This document shows positions 1 to 9,417 of a stretch of DNA of 64,000 bases, piece by piece. Each line of letters opens with the position of its first letter. Within the stretch, counting starts at the first letter, position 1. Below the pieces are notes generated by a model. That model saw nothing but the letters and a program-made list of their open reading frames with translations, did no database searches and was not told the DNA's origin. Source of the stretch: Halodesulfurarchaeum sp. (GTDB lineage: Archaea; Halobacteriota; Halobacteria; Halobacteriales; Halobacteriaceae); assembly GCA_034520565.1 (NCBI GenBank), contig JAXHNL010000002.1, forward strand, positions 192,001 through 256,000. Reading direction: 5' to 3'. The position numbers and the translations under genes were made by a program.

Positions 1-534
1 GCGGATCTCCGTTGCCCACTCGGCGACAGCGTCCGGGTCGAAGGTCATCTGGGTAACGATGTAATCGGCGTAGGGCTCCTTTTTCACGAGGTGTTCTCTG
101 AGGGTGTCGTCGTCGATGAACTGGTGACCCTCCGGATAGCCCGTAATGCCCACCCGTTCGAACTCGGTTCCGATCTCTTCGTCGAGATCGGTGAGCAACG
201 CGTAGGCGGAATCGTATGGGCCCTCGGGTTCCTCGTTGTCACCACCCGGAACGAAAATGTCCTCGATCCCGGCCCCCTTGAGCCGGTCGGTGAGTTCCTC
301 GAGGTGGTCCTCGCTCCGCACCGCGCGGGCGGCCACGTGTGTCGATACCTCGAAACCCATCTCGGCGAGTTCGATCGACCGGTCGATCGTCTCATCGACG
401 CCTTTGTCCGGAGAGGCGGTCAACGCGACCGTCGAGCCATCGGGAAGCTGTTTGGCCTCCTCGTACAGTCCCGAAAAGGGCAACAGTTCGTAATGCGGTT
501 CGGTCAGTAGTTCGCGGACGCCGTCCCGTGTCAT
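1..534 (-). CDS. metF: Methylenetetrahydrofolate reductase (MetF-type), 3' end runs off the window
   Basis: Not in the ORF track; read manually from ATG at 534: MTRDGVRELLTEPHYELLP...STHVAARAV...IFVPGGD...GITGYPEGH...YIVTQMTFD. These match the MTHFR motifs H-x-x-x-R, GGD, GYPEGH and TQ-x-x-F. Open to position 1. Confidence 0.85.
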   Translation of the reverse strand, partial: MTRDGVRELLTEPHYELLPFSGLYEEAKQLPDGSTVALTASPDKGVDETIDRSIELAEMGFEVSTHVAARAVRSEDHLEELTDRLKGAGIEDIFVPGGDNEEPEGPYDSAYALLTDLDEEIGTEFERVGITGYPEGHQFIDDDTLREHLVKKEPYADYIVTQMTFDPDAVAEWATEIR

Positions 535-686
535 GTGTGCTAGTTCTACCCGTGTCGAGGGTTTTACTCTTTGCCAAGCCGAAATTTAGGGGGCATTTAC
601 GGGACGGTGACGAGTCGGTCTAGAAAACCTCAAGGTGGGTTCCCGGGTAGTATACAGACGGCACGGACTCCGTGTTCGATCGACCA

Positions 687-1562
687 ATGGCATACATTAT
701 TGACGGCAACGAACTCGCGGACTCGATTCGCACAGACCTCGAAGACAGCGTACAGACCCTCGACGACGAGGGCGTTACCCCAGGTCTCGCCACCGTCCTG
801 ATGAGCGACGACCCGGCCAGTGAGACCTACGTCTCGATGAAACAGAAGGCCTGTGAGGAGATCGGCATGGAGAGTTTCCACGTCGAGATCGACCCGGAGG
901 CTCCCGCCGAGGAACTCTATGACACCATCGACGACCTCAACGCGGACCCGGAGGTTCACGGCATCCTCGTCCAGTTGCCGGTTCCGGACCAGGTCGATGA
1001 GAGCAAGGTCCTCGAGCAGATCGACCCGATGAAGGACGTGGACGGCTTCCATCCGACGAACGTCGGACTCATGGTGTCCGGAAACGCGCGGTTCAAGCCC
1101 TGTACGCCCCACGGCGTCCTCAAGATGATCGAGGACGCAGGCGTCGACACCGAGGGCAAGGACGTCACCGTCGTCGGCCGCTCGAACATCGTCGGCAAGC
1201 CGGTCGCAAACCTGCTCATGCAGAAGACGGAGTACGGCAACGCGACCGTGACGGTCTGTCATTCACGCACGGAGGACCTCGCGGAGAAGACCCGCAACGC
1301 CGACATCGTGATCGCGGCCGCCGGCGTCCCGGAGATGATCGACGGCTCGATGCTTTCGGAGGGCCAGACGGTCATCGACGTCGGCACCAACCGCGTCGAC
1401 GGCGAACTGGTCGGTGACGTCGACTTCGAGTCCGCAAAGGACGTCGTCGACGCCATCAGCCCGGTTCCGGGTGGCGTCGGCCCGATGACGATCACGATGC
1501 TCCTCTACAACACGGTCAAGGCCGCGAGCCTGCAGCACGACATCGACGTCGAACTGCCGTAG
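687..1562 (+). CDS. folD: Bifunctional methylene-THF dehydrogenase/cyclohydrolase
   Basis: Motifs YVSMKQKAC, GILVQLP, KDVDGFHP, PCTPHG, GRSNIVGKP, SPVPGGVGPMT; ATG at 687. Confidence 0.97.
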   Translation: MAYIIDGNELADSIRTDLEDSVQTLDDEGVTPGLATVLMSDDPASETYVSMKQKACEEIGMESFHVEIDPEAPAEELYDTIDDLNADPEVHGILVQLPVPDQVDESKVLEQIDPMKDVDGFHPTNVGLMVSGNARFKPCTPHGVLKMIEDAGVDTEGKDVTVVGRSNIVGKPVANLLMQKTEYGNATVTVCHSRTEDLAEKTRNADIVIAAAGVPEMIDGSMLSEGQTVIDVGTNRVDGELVGDVDFESAKDVVDAISPVPGGVGPMTITMLLYNTVKAASLQHDIDVELP

Positions 1563-1695
1563 GCACGATCGGTCTTTTCGCTGTTCTTCGGTCGGCACCC
1601 TGACCAGCGACCGCTCTCTCGGTGGCCAGCAAATCGCGTTTTCTCGAGTGGAACGACGATCCAAGAGAAAAACGAAAAATCCCGAGGTACTGTCG

Positions 1696-2664
1696 CTACT
1701 CTTTGGCGGCCGTGATGGCCTCGGTCAGTTCGGGAACGACCTCGTGGAGGTCGCCCACGATGGCGTAATCGCCCTTGTACATGATCGCCGCCTCGGAGTC
1801 GGTGTTGATAGCGAGGACGTTCTCCGCGCCCTTCGCACCGACCCAGTGCTGGACGGCGCCGCTGATGCCAGCGGCGATGTACAGGTCCGGCGAAATCTTC
1901 TGCCCGGTCTGTCCGATCTGGTCGTCGTGGGGACGCCACCCCTCGTCGACCGCAATGCGGGTCGCCCCGACGGCCGCGCCCTCGAAGACATCGGCCAGCG
2001 CTTCGATCTGGCCGAATTCCTCTTCGCCGCCGACGCCGCGGCCACCACCGACGACGATGCGGGCTTCCGGAAGCGGAACGCCTTCGACGTCGGCCTCCTC
2101 GGTCCGGTCGACTTTGACCTCGAAGGATGAATCGTCGACGTCCGGCTCGATCATCTCGACGACCGCTTCGGCGTCGCCGACGGCCTCGATCGGGAGTTCG
2201 TGATCCGGCGTCGAGAACACCTTCGTCTCGCCGTCCATCGTCGCGTGCTCGAGCAGGCTGCCACCCCAGCGGTGGCGGGTGAGTTCACAGGTTTCGCCGT
2301 CGGTCTCGATCTCGATGGTGTTCGCCGCCATCGCGTAGTCCCGCTTCGCACTGAGGTGTGCAAGCACCTCGTTTGCGGTATCGGTCCCGCCGCCGATGAC
2401 GGCCGACGGTCCGAGATCGTCGATCAGGTCGCCGAGCGCGTCCGCGCGGGCTTCCGGCGCGTAGGTCTCTGCCAACTCGCCCGTACAGACGTAGGCGGTG
2501 TCGACGCCGTATTCGCCGAGTCCGGCCGCGAGGGCTTCGCCGCCGAACATCGCAGCGGTCACGTCCTCGCCGACCTGTTCGGCCAGATCGCGGGCGAGAG
2601 TGAGCATCTCGAGGGACGTCTCGAGGATTTCGCCCTCTTTGTGTTCGATGAGTGTCAGCACCAT
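1696..2664 (-). CDS. etfA: Electron transfer flavoprotein alpha subunit
   Basis: Motifs VVGGGRG, QIGQTGQKISPDLYIAAGISGAVQHWVG, AINTD; ATG at 2664, directly downstream of etfB. Confidence 0.95.
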   Translation of the reverse strand: MVLTLIEHKEGEILETSLEMLTLARDLAEQVGEDVTAAMFGGEALAAGLGEYGVDTAYVCTGELAETYAPEARADALGDLIDDLGPSAVIGGGTDTANEVLAHLSAKRDYAMAANTIEIETDGETCELTRHRWGGSLLEHATMDGETKVFSTPDHELPIEAVGDAEAVVEMIEPDVDDSSFEVKVDRTEEADVEGVPLPEARIVVGGGRGVGGEEEFGQIEALADVFEGAAVGATRIAVDEGWRPHDDQIGQTGQKISPDLYIAAGISGAVQHWVGAKGAENVLAINTDSEAAIMYKGDYAIVGDLHEVVPELTEAITAAKE

Positions 2665-2665
2665 C

Positions 2666-3415
2666 TTAGAGCACCTCCAGTTCCTCGAGGACTTCGACGG
2701 CACGATCCACCGCCTCGGGGCCTTCGCCGAGGACTTCTGCCTCCTCGTCCTCCGACTCGGGCGTCTCGAGTTCCTGCATCTGCAGGCGGTCCGCGGTCTC
2801 GACCGGCTCGATGACTTCCAGTTCCGTCTTCTTGGCCTGCATCCGGCTCCGCATCGACGGGTAGCGCGGCGTGTTCAGGCCCTCCTTGACGGTGATAACT
2901 GCGGGCGTTTCGACTTCGAAGACTTCCGAGCCGCCGGGGACGTCGCGCTTGGCGATGGCCGTGTCCCCGTCGACTTCGAAGTCCTTGATGCCGGTGACGA
3001 CCGGGAGATCGAGCAGGTGGGCAACGCGAATGCCGACCTGATAGTTCGCGTTGTCTCCGGACTCGTTGCCGAAGAAGAGGAGATCGAAGTCCCGGTCCTC
3101 GACGGCGTCGGCGATGGCGGTGGCCGTCGACTCCGGCCCCCACTCTTCGCCGTCGGTTTCGAGGAGCATCCCCTCGTCGGCACCGCGGCCGATTCCTTCG
3201 TAAATCTGGTCCTCTATGTCCTCGGGGCCGAGACTCAGCACGGTCGACGTGCCGCCCTCCTCCTCGACTGTCTGGACGGCCTCCTCGATCGCACATTCCT
3301 CGTGTGGGCCCATCGTATACCCCACGGCGGAGGCGTCGACCGACTGTTTGTCGTCGGTCAGGACGATCTCTGCCCCGGTATCCGCGACGCGCTTGATACA
3401 GGCTAATGTTTCCAT
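2666..3415 (-). CDS. etfB: Electron transfer flavoprotein beta subunit
   Basis: N-terminal ACIKRVAD, AIEEAV, GADEG, GNESGD, NTPRYPS. Confidence 0.95.
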   Translation of the reverse strand: METLACIKRVADTGAEIVLTDDKQSVDASAVGYTMGPHEECAIEEAVQTVEEEGGTSTVLSLGPEDIEDQIYEGIGRGADEGMLLETDGEEWGPESTATAIADAVEDRDFDLLFFGNESGDNANYQVGIRVAHLLDLPVVTGIKDFEVDGDTAIAKRDVPGGSEVFEVETPAVITVKEGLNTPRYPSMRSRMQAKKTELEVIEPVETADRLQMQELETPESEDEEAEVLGEGPEAVDRAVEVLEELEVL

Positions 3416-3500
3416 AGTTGTGATAACGTGTAGTTAGTGACCGGTGGATGGCCCCGGACGCCCGAAAGGCGGACCCAGGAAAACTGACCGGTCAGTCAGT

Positions 3501-6035
3501 TTAGCTCAGGATCCGCTCGTTGCTCGGGTCGAACAGCGGGCGGCCGCCGACGACTTCGATCGTGACCGGATAGTCCTTCCCGAAGTACTCGACTTGCAGC
3601 TGCTTGCCCTCCTCGGCGACGTCCATCGGAATGTACGCCATCAGGATGTGCTTGCCGACGGAGGGGCCCGTCGCGGCGCTCGTGACGTAGGACCGGCGGC
3701 CCTCGTCGTCCATGAGCACCTCGCCGTCCATGTCTTTGACCGGCTCGCCACCGAGCGGGTAGCGTTCCTCGCCACCGTTCGGGGCGTGGTCGTCGACGGT
3801 CAGCATGCAGAGCTTGGCTGCGGGCTCTCCTTCGACCGCTTCCACGTAGGCGTCCTTGCCGATGAAGTCGGCGTCCTTGACGCCGTGGAAGTCGAGACCG
3901 GCCTCGACCGGGTTGTAATCGGTCTCAAGTTCGGCACCGAGCAGGCGGTAGCCCTTCTCCATGCGGCCGGTGGCACCGTAGACACCGGTCCCGACCGGAC
4001 GGAGATCGTACTCCTGACCGGCCTCGTAGATGGTGTCCCACAGACGACCGGTCTGCTCCATCGGCGCGTAGATCTCCCAGCCGAGTTCGCCGACGTAGGA
4101 GATACGCATCGCGAAGGCCTCGACGTCACCGATGTGGACCTGCTGTCCGGTGTAGGCCGGGAAGGCCTCGTCGGACATGTCCTCCTCGGTGATCTCCTGC
4201 ATGACCTTCCGGGCGTTCGGCCCCCAGACGCCCATCGTGCCCAGCGCGGAGCTCTTGGAGACGAGCTCGACTTGCATGTCGTCTTCCATGTGCTGGCGGA
4301 TCCACTGCTTGTCGTGGCCGGCGTCCCCGCCGCCGGTGATGAACCGGAAGCGGTCCTCGGCCAGTCGCACGACAGTCAGGTCAGCACGGAAGCCCGCTCC
4401 CTGGTCGAGAACCGGCGTGTAGACCAGTTTGCCAATGTCGACGTCCATCCGGCCGACGGTGAGCTTCTCGGCCATCTCGAGGGCGTCAGGGCCCTGGAGT
4501 TCGTAGATCCCGAAGCCCATGTCGCCGATCAGGCCGACGTTGTCCCGCATGTGCAGGTGCTCGGCCAGGATGATCGGTGACCACCAGCGGCGGTCCCATT
4601 CGTTCGGTCGGGAGAACTCGCTGATCGTCTCCTGGTACTTCTGGATCAGGTCCGCGTTGTCGCGGAACCAACGGGGTCGCTCCCAGCCGGCGGCCTCGAA
4701 GAACATCGGATCGAACTCCTCGAGGCGGTCGTGGAAGCCGGTCTGGCGGAGCGGCCGACCGGACATCCACTGCTCGGATGGGTGAATCGTACCGTAAATC
4801 TTGCGGAACCCTTCCTTCGAGCGCTCCTCGATGTAGCTCTTCGAGCGGCCGTATTCCTCGTAGCGGGCGATGTTCTCGCCCTCGAGGTCCACGTCGATTG
4901 CGCCGTAGCCTTGGGTCATCCACTTGGCCACTTCCTCGGCCAGCGCGGGTGCCTCCTTGATCCAGATGGCAGCGACCGACCACAGGTTGTCGAGTTCTTC
5001 GACCGGACCGATGACCGGCCCACCGTCGGCGGTCAGGGAGAGCAGGCCGTCGATCGAGTGCCGGATCCCCGCGTCGGGGTCGTCGAGGATCTCGGGCATG
5101 AGCTCGAGCGCGTGCTCCATGGACTCCTCGAAGGCGTCCTCGGTGAGCGGTGGCTGGGTCGGCGAGAGCGGCGCCTCGTCGATGGACGGAATGTCCTCGA
5201 CGTCCCACAGGATCGGGCGGTGGGAGTAGGAGCCGACCTCGATCTCGCTGCCGTGCTGGCGCTCGTACATCCGGTGGTCCATGTCCCGGACGATCGGGTA
5301 CTCGATGCCCTCGATGCCCTCGAACTGCTCGATCGGGCCCACGCTGATCATCTGGTGGACGGCCGGCGTGAGCGGGATGCGCGTGCCAGCCATCTCGGCC
5401 AGTTCGGGACTCCAGATCCCGGCGGCGATGACCAGGGTATCATCGACCTCGACGTTCCCGCGGTCGGTCTCGATGGCCGTGACTTCCTCGCCCTCGGTGA
5501 GAATGTCCGTCACTTCCGTGTTCGGGGAGACCGTCAGCGCGCCCATGTCCTTGGCGCGCTGGCGGCAGATCTCACCCCACTGAAGTGAGTCACACACACC
5601 GGCGTCGTCGAAGTAAACGGCGCCTTCGATGATGTCCTCGTTGATGTAGGGCACCATCTCTTTGACTTCGTCGGCGTCCAGCATTTCGGCGTGGCCACCG
5701 AAGGACTTCGACGACTGGACTCGCCGCCTGTTCTCCTCCATCTGCTCTTTCGTTCGAGCGACTTCCAGGCCACCGGACTCGGTGTAGACGCCGGCTTCCT
5801 TGTACTGCTCGATGGACTTGTATCCGAGCTCGGTGATCGCCTTGCCATGTGTCACCGGCATCAGGAAGTTCGACGCGTGGCCGGTCGATCCGCCGGGGTC
5901 CGGGAGGGGACCCTTGTCGACGAGAAGGATGTCTTCGACTCCCTGATCGGCGAGATGATATGCGAGACTGTTCCCCACGATACCGGCGCCGATAATTACT
6001 GTACCGGCGCTGTCGGGTAGTGTGTTTGAACTCAT
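3501..6035 (-). CDS. Dimethylglycine/sarcosine dehydrogenase-type flavoprotein (DAO FAD domain + GcvT folate-binding domain)
   Basis: 844 aa; GAGIVG dinucleotide motif, GSTGHA (covalent-FAD His of the DMGO/DMGDH family), GWERP, RISYVGELGWEIY, RMEKGY. Confidence 0.9.
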   Translation of the reverse strand: MSSNTLPDSAGTVIIGAGIVGNSLAYHLADQGVEDILLVDKGPLPDPGGSTGHASNFLMPVTHGKAITELGYKSIEQYKEAGVYTESGGLEVARTKEQMEENRRRVQSSKSFGGHAEMLDADEVKEMVPYINEDIIEGAVYFDDAGVCDSLQWGEICRQRAKDMGALTVSPNTEVTDILTEGEEVTAIETDRGNVEVDDTLVIAAGIWSPELAEMAGTRIPLTPAVHQMISVGPIEQFEGIEGIEYPIVRDMDHRMYERQHGSEIEVGSYSHRPILWDVEDIPSIDEAPLSPTQPPLTEDAFEESMEHALELMPEILDDPDAGIRHSIDGLLSLTADGGPVIGPVEELDNLWSVAAIWIKEAPALAEEVAKWMTQGYGAIDVDLEGENIARYEEYGRSKSYIEERSKEGFRKIYGTIHPSEQWMSGRPLRQTGFHDRLEEFDPMFFEAAGWERPRWFRDNADLIQKYQETISEFSRPNEWDRRWWSPIILAEHLHMRDNVGLIGDMGFGIYELQGPDALEMAEKLTVGRMDVDIGKLVYTPVLDQGAGFRADLTVVRLAEDRFRFITGGGDAGHDKQWIRQHMEDDMQVELVSKSSALGTMGVWGPNARKVMQEITEEDMSDEAFPAYTGQQVHIGDVEAFAMRISYVGELGWEIYAPMEQTGRLWDTIYEAGQEYDLRPVGTGVYGATGRMEKGYRLLGAELETDYNPVEAGLDFHGVKDADFIGKDAYVEAVEGEPAAKLCMLTVDDHAPNGGEERYPLGGEPVKDMDGEVLMDDEGRRSYVTSAATGPSVGKHILMAYIPMDVAEEGKQLQVEYFGKDYPVTIEVVGGRPLFDPSNERILS

Positions 6036-6544
6036 TTATTGTACCTCGGGACTGTCCACGTGCGATCTCCATGGTGCGGCGATCGGGAGGATCGTCGCAG
6101 GGTGTGAACCGGCCCCACATTCGTTTGTCTAGTCGGTTTTGCACATATAACTAACGAAGTGCGTGATAAACCATGTATAAAAGCATCGTGCCATCAAATA
6201 GAGGATAGCGTTTCACGTTATAGAAAACCGAAAGGCGGCGACGGCCCAAAGAAGTCGGGGAACCGATATGTCCTCGCCTCGGCGACAGGCCAACTCCAGT
6301 GTCGCGGTCGGAGTTTCGCATGGTAGCGTGTGACAATCTCCAAAAGTATCAGTTCGAAAGAATAGTAAATCAGGCACGATCGCCGGGAATCGGAACCACG
6401 GGATTGGAGCCGATCGAACTCGAATCGATTCCCTGGGACACGAACGGTACGCGGGTATCGAGTCGACTCCCTCGCTGTGTGACGATGGCGAGGGACTGGC
6501 CGAAACCGGTGGACTTCTCAACCCGTCCCCCGTACCGATCATTC

Positions 6545-8314
6545 GTGACCGGCGAGTCAGTTCCGCCCCGTCGAACGGCGATGCTCGAAGTTGACCTCAC
6601 CGAGCGGACGGTCCGTCGCGAGGAGATTCCGGTGGCGTGGCGGCAGCAGTTCATCGGCGGGAAAGGACTCGGGGCCCGATACCTCTACGAGCGGACCGAA
6701 GCGGGGGTCGACCCGCTCGGTCCAGGAAACGCCCTCCTGTTCATGACCGGGCCGATCTCGGGAGTGATCCCTGGTGAACCCCGCTATGCGGCGATCACGA
6801 AGTCGCCACTCACCGGCACGTTTCTCGACTCCTACAGCGGCGGTGACTTTGCCGCCCACCTGGCGGGGAGCCTCGCCGACACAATGGGCATCATCGTCAC
6901 CGGGCAGGCGTCAGAACCGGTGGCGCTGGTCGTCTCGAACGGTGACGTGTCGATCGAGTCCGCGACCGAATGGGGCGAGGACGTCGAGACGGCCTGTGGG
7001 GCCTATCCGGACGCCAAAGTCGCGTGTACGGGCCCGGCCGGCGAAAACGAGGTGGTCTACGCCACGATCGCCTCGGACGGCGGCGACCATCACGCGGGTC
7101 GTGGGGGCGCGGGCGCGGTCATGGGTTCAAAGCGGCTCAAGGCCGTCGTCGCGAGAGACCCACCGCCAGAGGGACTGGAATCGCTCAGAGCCGAGTACGA
7201 GGAGCGGTACGGCGACGGGGCGACCGACGGCTGGCACCGGGCCAGTGAAACCGTCGAATCGGTCGACTTCGCTGACGAGGTCGGGGCCCTCTCGACACGC
7301 GGCTGGCAGGAGAGCACCTTCGAGGGCACCGACAGCATCGGAATCGAAGCCGTCGAGTCCGCAGCGGACGCGCGCGAACACGAGGACAGTCCCATCCCGG
7401 GCGGGTTCCAGGTCGAGGTCGGCGACGAGACGAGCACGCCCCGCGGCGGGACCCAGATGACCCTCGGTGCCGGGCTGGGAATCGACGACTTCGAGGACGT
7501 GGCGACCCTCGGGCTCACCTGCGATCGGCTGGGCGTGGACATCATCGGCGTGGGCAACGCGATCGCGTGGGCGATCAGAGCCGGCACGGAAGGCGTGATC
7601 GACTTCGAGGGAGAGTTCGGCGACCTCGCAGCCGCCGTTTCACTCGCCGAGGACATCGCAAACCGGGACGGCGAACTCGGAGACGCGCTCGCGGACGGGA
7701 TCGACAACGCGGCCGCCCGTTTCGGGGGCGAAGACCTGATCCCGACCGTCAAGGGCATGGAACTGCCCTCGTATGACCCGCGCCGGGCACCGAGCATGGC
7801 GCTCGCGTACGCGACGAGTGACCGGGGCGCCTGCCACCGACGGGCGCGACCGATCGAGACGGCCGTCTTCGAGCCGGACACGGACGAGCCCGTGCGTCGC
7901 GCCCGCGAGGTCATCGCCGAACAGGACTTCCGGTCGTTGCTCTGGAGTCTCATCGCCGACGACTTCACGGAGACCCTCTTCGCGGGCGATTTCGGCTCGG
8001 AGTGGCTCGGGGCGGTCGGCATCGATCTCTCGCCGGCGGAGCTCAGGCGGGCCGGCACCCGTATCTGGACGATGACCCGACTGTACAACGTCCGCGAGGG
8101 GTTCGACCGAGCGGACGACGAGTTACCGCCGGTCCTCGAAGAACCCGTTTCCGACGGTCCGGGGGCGGGTGAGGCAGTCTCGATGGAGTCCTTCGAGGCG
8201 ATGCGCGAGGCCTATTACGCCGAACGCGGCTGGGACGAGCGGGGTGTCCCGACGGCCGATCTACTCGAGGGCCTCGGGCTCGACGGCATCGACGTGCCCG
8301 CCGAAATCGACTGA
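6545..8314 (+). CDS. aor: Aldehyde:ferredoxin oxidoreductase (tungsten-pterin AOR) family protein, atypical (no Fe-S Cys motif)
   Basis: IGGKGLGARYL, TKSPLTG, GPAGEN, AGRGGAGAVMGSKRLKAV, DRLGVD, VKGMELPSYDPR, RGACH, YYAERGWD. Start is GTG 6545 or ATG 6581. Confidence 0.85.
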   Translation: MTGESVPPRRTAMLEVDLTERTVRREEIPVAWRQQFIGGKGLGARYLYERTEAGVDPLGPGNALLFMTGPISGVIPGEPRYAAITKSPLTGTFLDSYSGGDFAAHLAGSLADTMGIIVTGQASEPVALVVSNGDVSIESATEWGEDVETACGAYPDAKVACTGPAGENEVVYATIASDGGDHHAGRGGAGAVMGSKRLKAVVARDPPPEGLESLRAEYEERYGDGATDGWHRASETVESVDFADEVGALSTRGWQESTFEGTDSIGIEAVESAADAREHEDSPIPGGFQVEVGDETSTPRGGTQMTLGAGLGIDDFEDVATLGLTCDRLGVDIIGVGNAIAWAIRAGTEGVIDFEGEFGDLAAAVSLAEDIANRDGELGDALADGIDNAAARFGGEDLIPTVKGMELPSYDPRRAPSMALAYATSDRGACHRRARPIETAVFEPDTDEPVRRAREVIAEQDFRSLLWSLIADDFTETLFAGDFGSEWLGAVGIDLSPAELRRAGTRIWTMTRLYNVREGFDRADDELPPVLEEPVSDGPGAGEAVSMESFEAMREAYYAERGWDERGVPTADLLEGLGLDGIDVPAEID

Positions 8315-8557
8315 ACCGTTCCCGGTCCCGTTACTCGTGGGAATCGAACGCCACGACACCCGTTCGGCAGGCCCCGTGATCCGGCCAACAAATTCAGTTT
8401 GTTTAATGAATGCTAGATTGTATAAACGACGTTCCAGTTGTATCCGAACAAAACCGCATGCAAGCGCCGGGGTCCATCGCGTCAATTATCGAAGGGTTCG
8501 ACCGGACTTTCAAAACCTTTATTCTTGCTACAGGGACCTATTTAGATAGGGATTCAC

Positions 8558-9232
8558 ATGACAGACGAGGACTCAGCCGACGACCTCGACCCCATCATCG
8601 AGGACATTCAACAGGCGATCATCGACCTCGAGGAGGACAAAACGGCCGAACTGACCCAGAAGGCCATCGACATGGACATCAGTCCACTGATCATCCTCCA
8701 GGAGGGGCTGACCAACGGGGTCAGGACGGTCGGCGACAAGTTCGGCAGGGGGGAAGTCTTCCTGCCCGAACTGGCCATGTCCGCTGACTGTATGCGAGCA
8801 GGGGTCGACCTCGTCGAACCATTGTTGGACGAAATGGATCTCGCCGACGAGGACACGGCCGGGAAGGTCATCCTCGGGACCGTCGACGAGGACATCCACA
8901 ACATCGGGAAGAACATTCTGCTCACGATGCTGAAGGCAAACGGCTTCGACGTCATCGACCTCGGCGTCGAGATCCCCAACGAGGACTTCGTCCAGGCCGT
9001 CAAGGACGAGGAGCCCGACATTCTGGGCATGTCCGCACTCATGACCATGACGATGGACCACCAGGAAGAGGTCATCGAACTCCTCGAGGAAGAAGGCATT
9101 CGCGATCAGGTCAAGGTCATGGTCGGTGGCGCACCGACCTCCGAAGAGTGGCGGGACGAAATCGGTGCGGACGGCTACGCTGACAACGCCGACGCGGCCG
9201 TGGAAAAGGCGATCGAGCTGCTCACCAAGTAG
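8558..9232 (+). CDS. Stand-alone corrinoid (B12-binding) methyl-carrier protein, MtbC/MttC/MtgC-like
   Basis: N-terminal helical cap (GDKFGRGEVFLPEL) plus the B12 motif D-I-H-N-I-G ... S-A-L-M-T ... MVGGAP. Confidence 0.92.
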   Translation: MTDEDSADDLDPIIEDIQQAIIDLEEDKTAELTQKAIDMDISPLIILQEGLTNGVRTVGDKFGRGEVFLPELAMSADCMRAGVDLVEPLLDEMDLADEDTAGKVILGTVDEDIHNIGKNILLTMLKANGFDVIDLGVEIPNEDFVQAVKDEEPDILGMSALMTMTMDHQEEVIELLEEEGIRDQVKVMVGGAPTSEEWRDEIGADGYADNADAAVEKAIELLTK

Positions 9233-9417
9233 CGCAATTCTTGACAGCGTCGACAGTTTTATTATAACCTATCAGTTGCAAAACCGCCGGAATGCAGCCG
9301 CGTCCCGAACCGATCGTTCGATCATGACGAAAAAAGAATAAATAATTTCATAAACCCCGAGTCGCATCGTTAGTGCGTATCGGACCCACAACCAACGGTT
9401 GGGTGACGATAACACAC

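Noticed and set aside
615-9300. Recurrent AAAACC(G) words in the C1-cluster intergenic regions (~623, 6134, 6223, 8450, 9280) and TTC...GAA pairs
   Set aside because: Resemble generic BRE/TATA-flanking sequence, and the spacings (N8, N9, N11) are inconsistent, so no shared operator can be claimed
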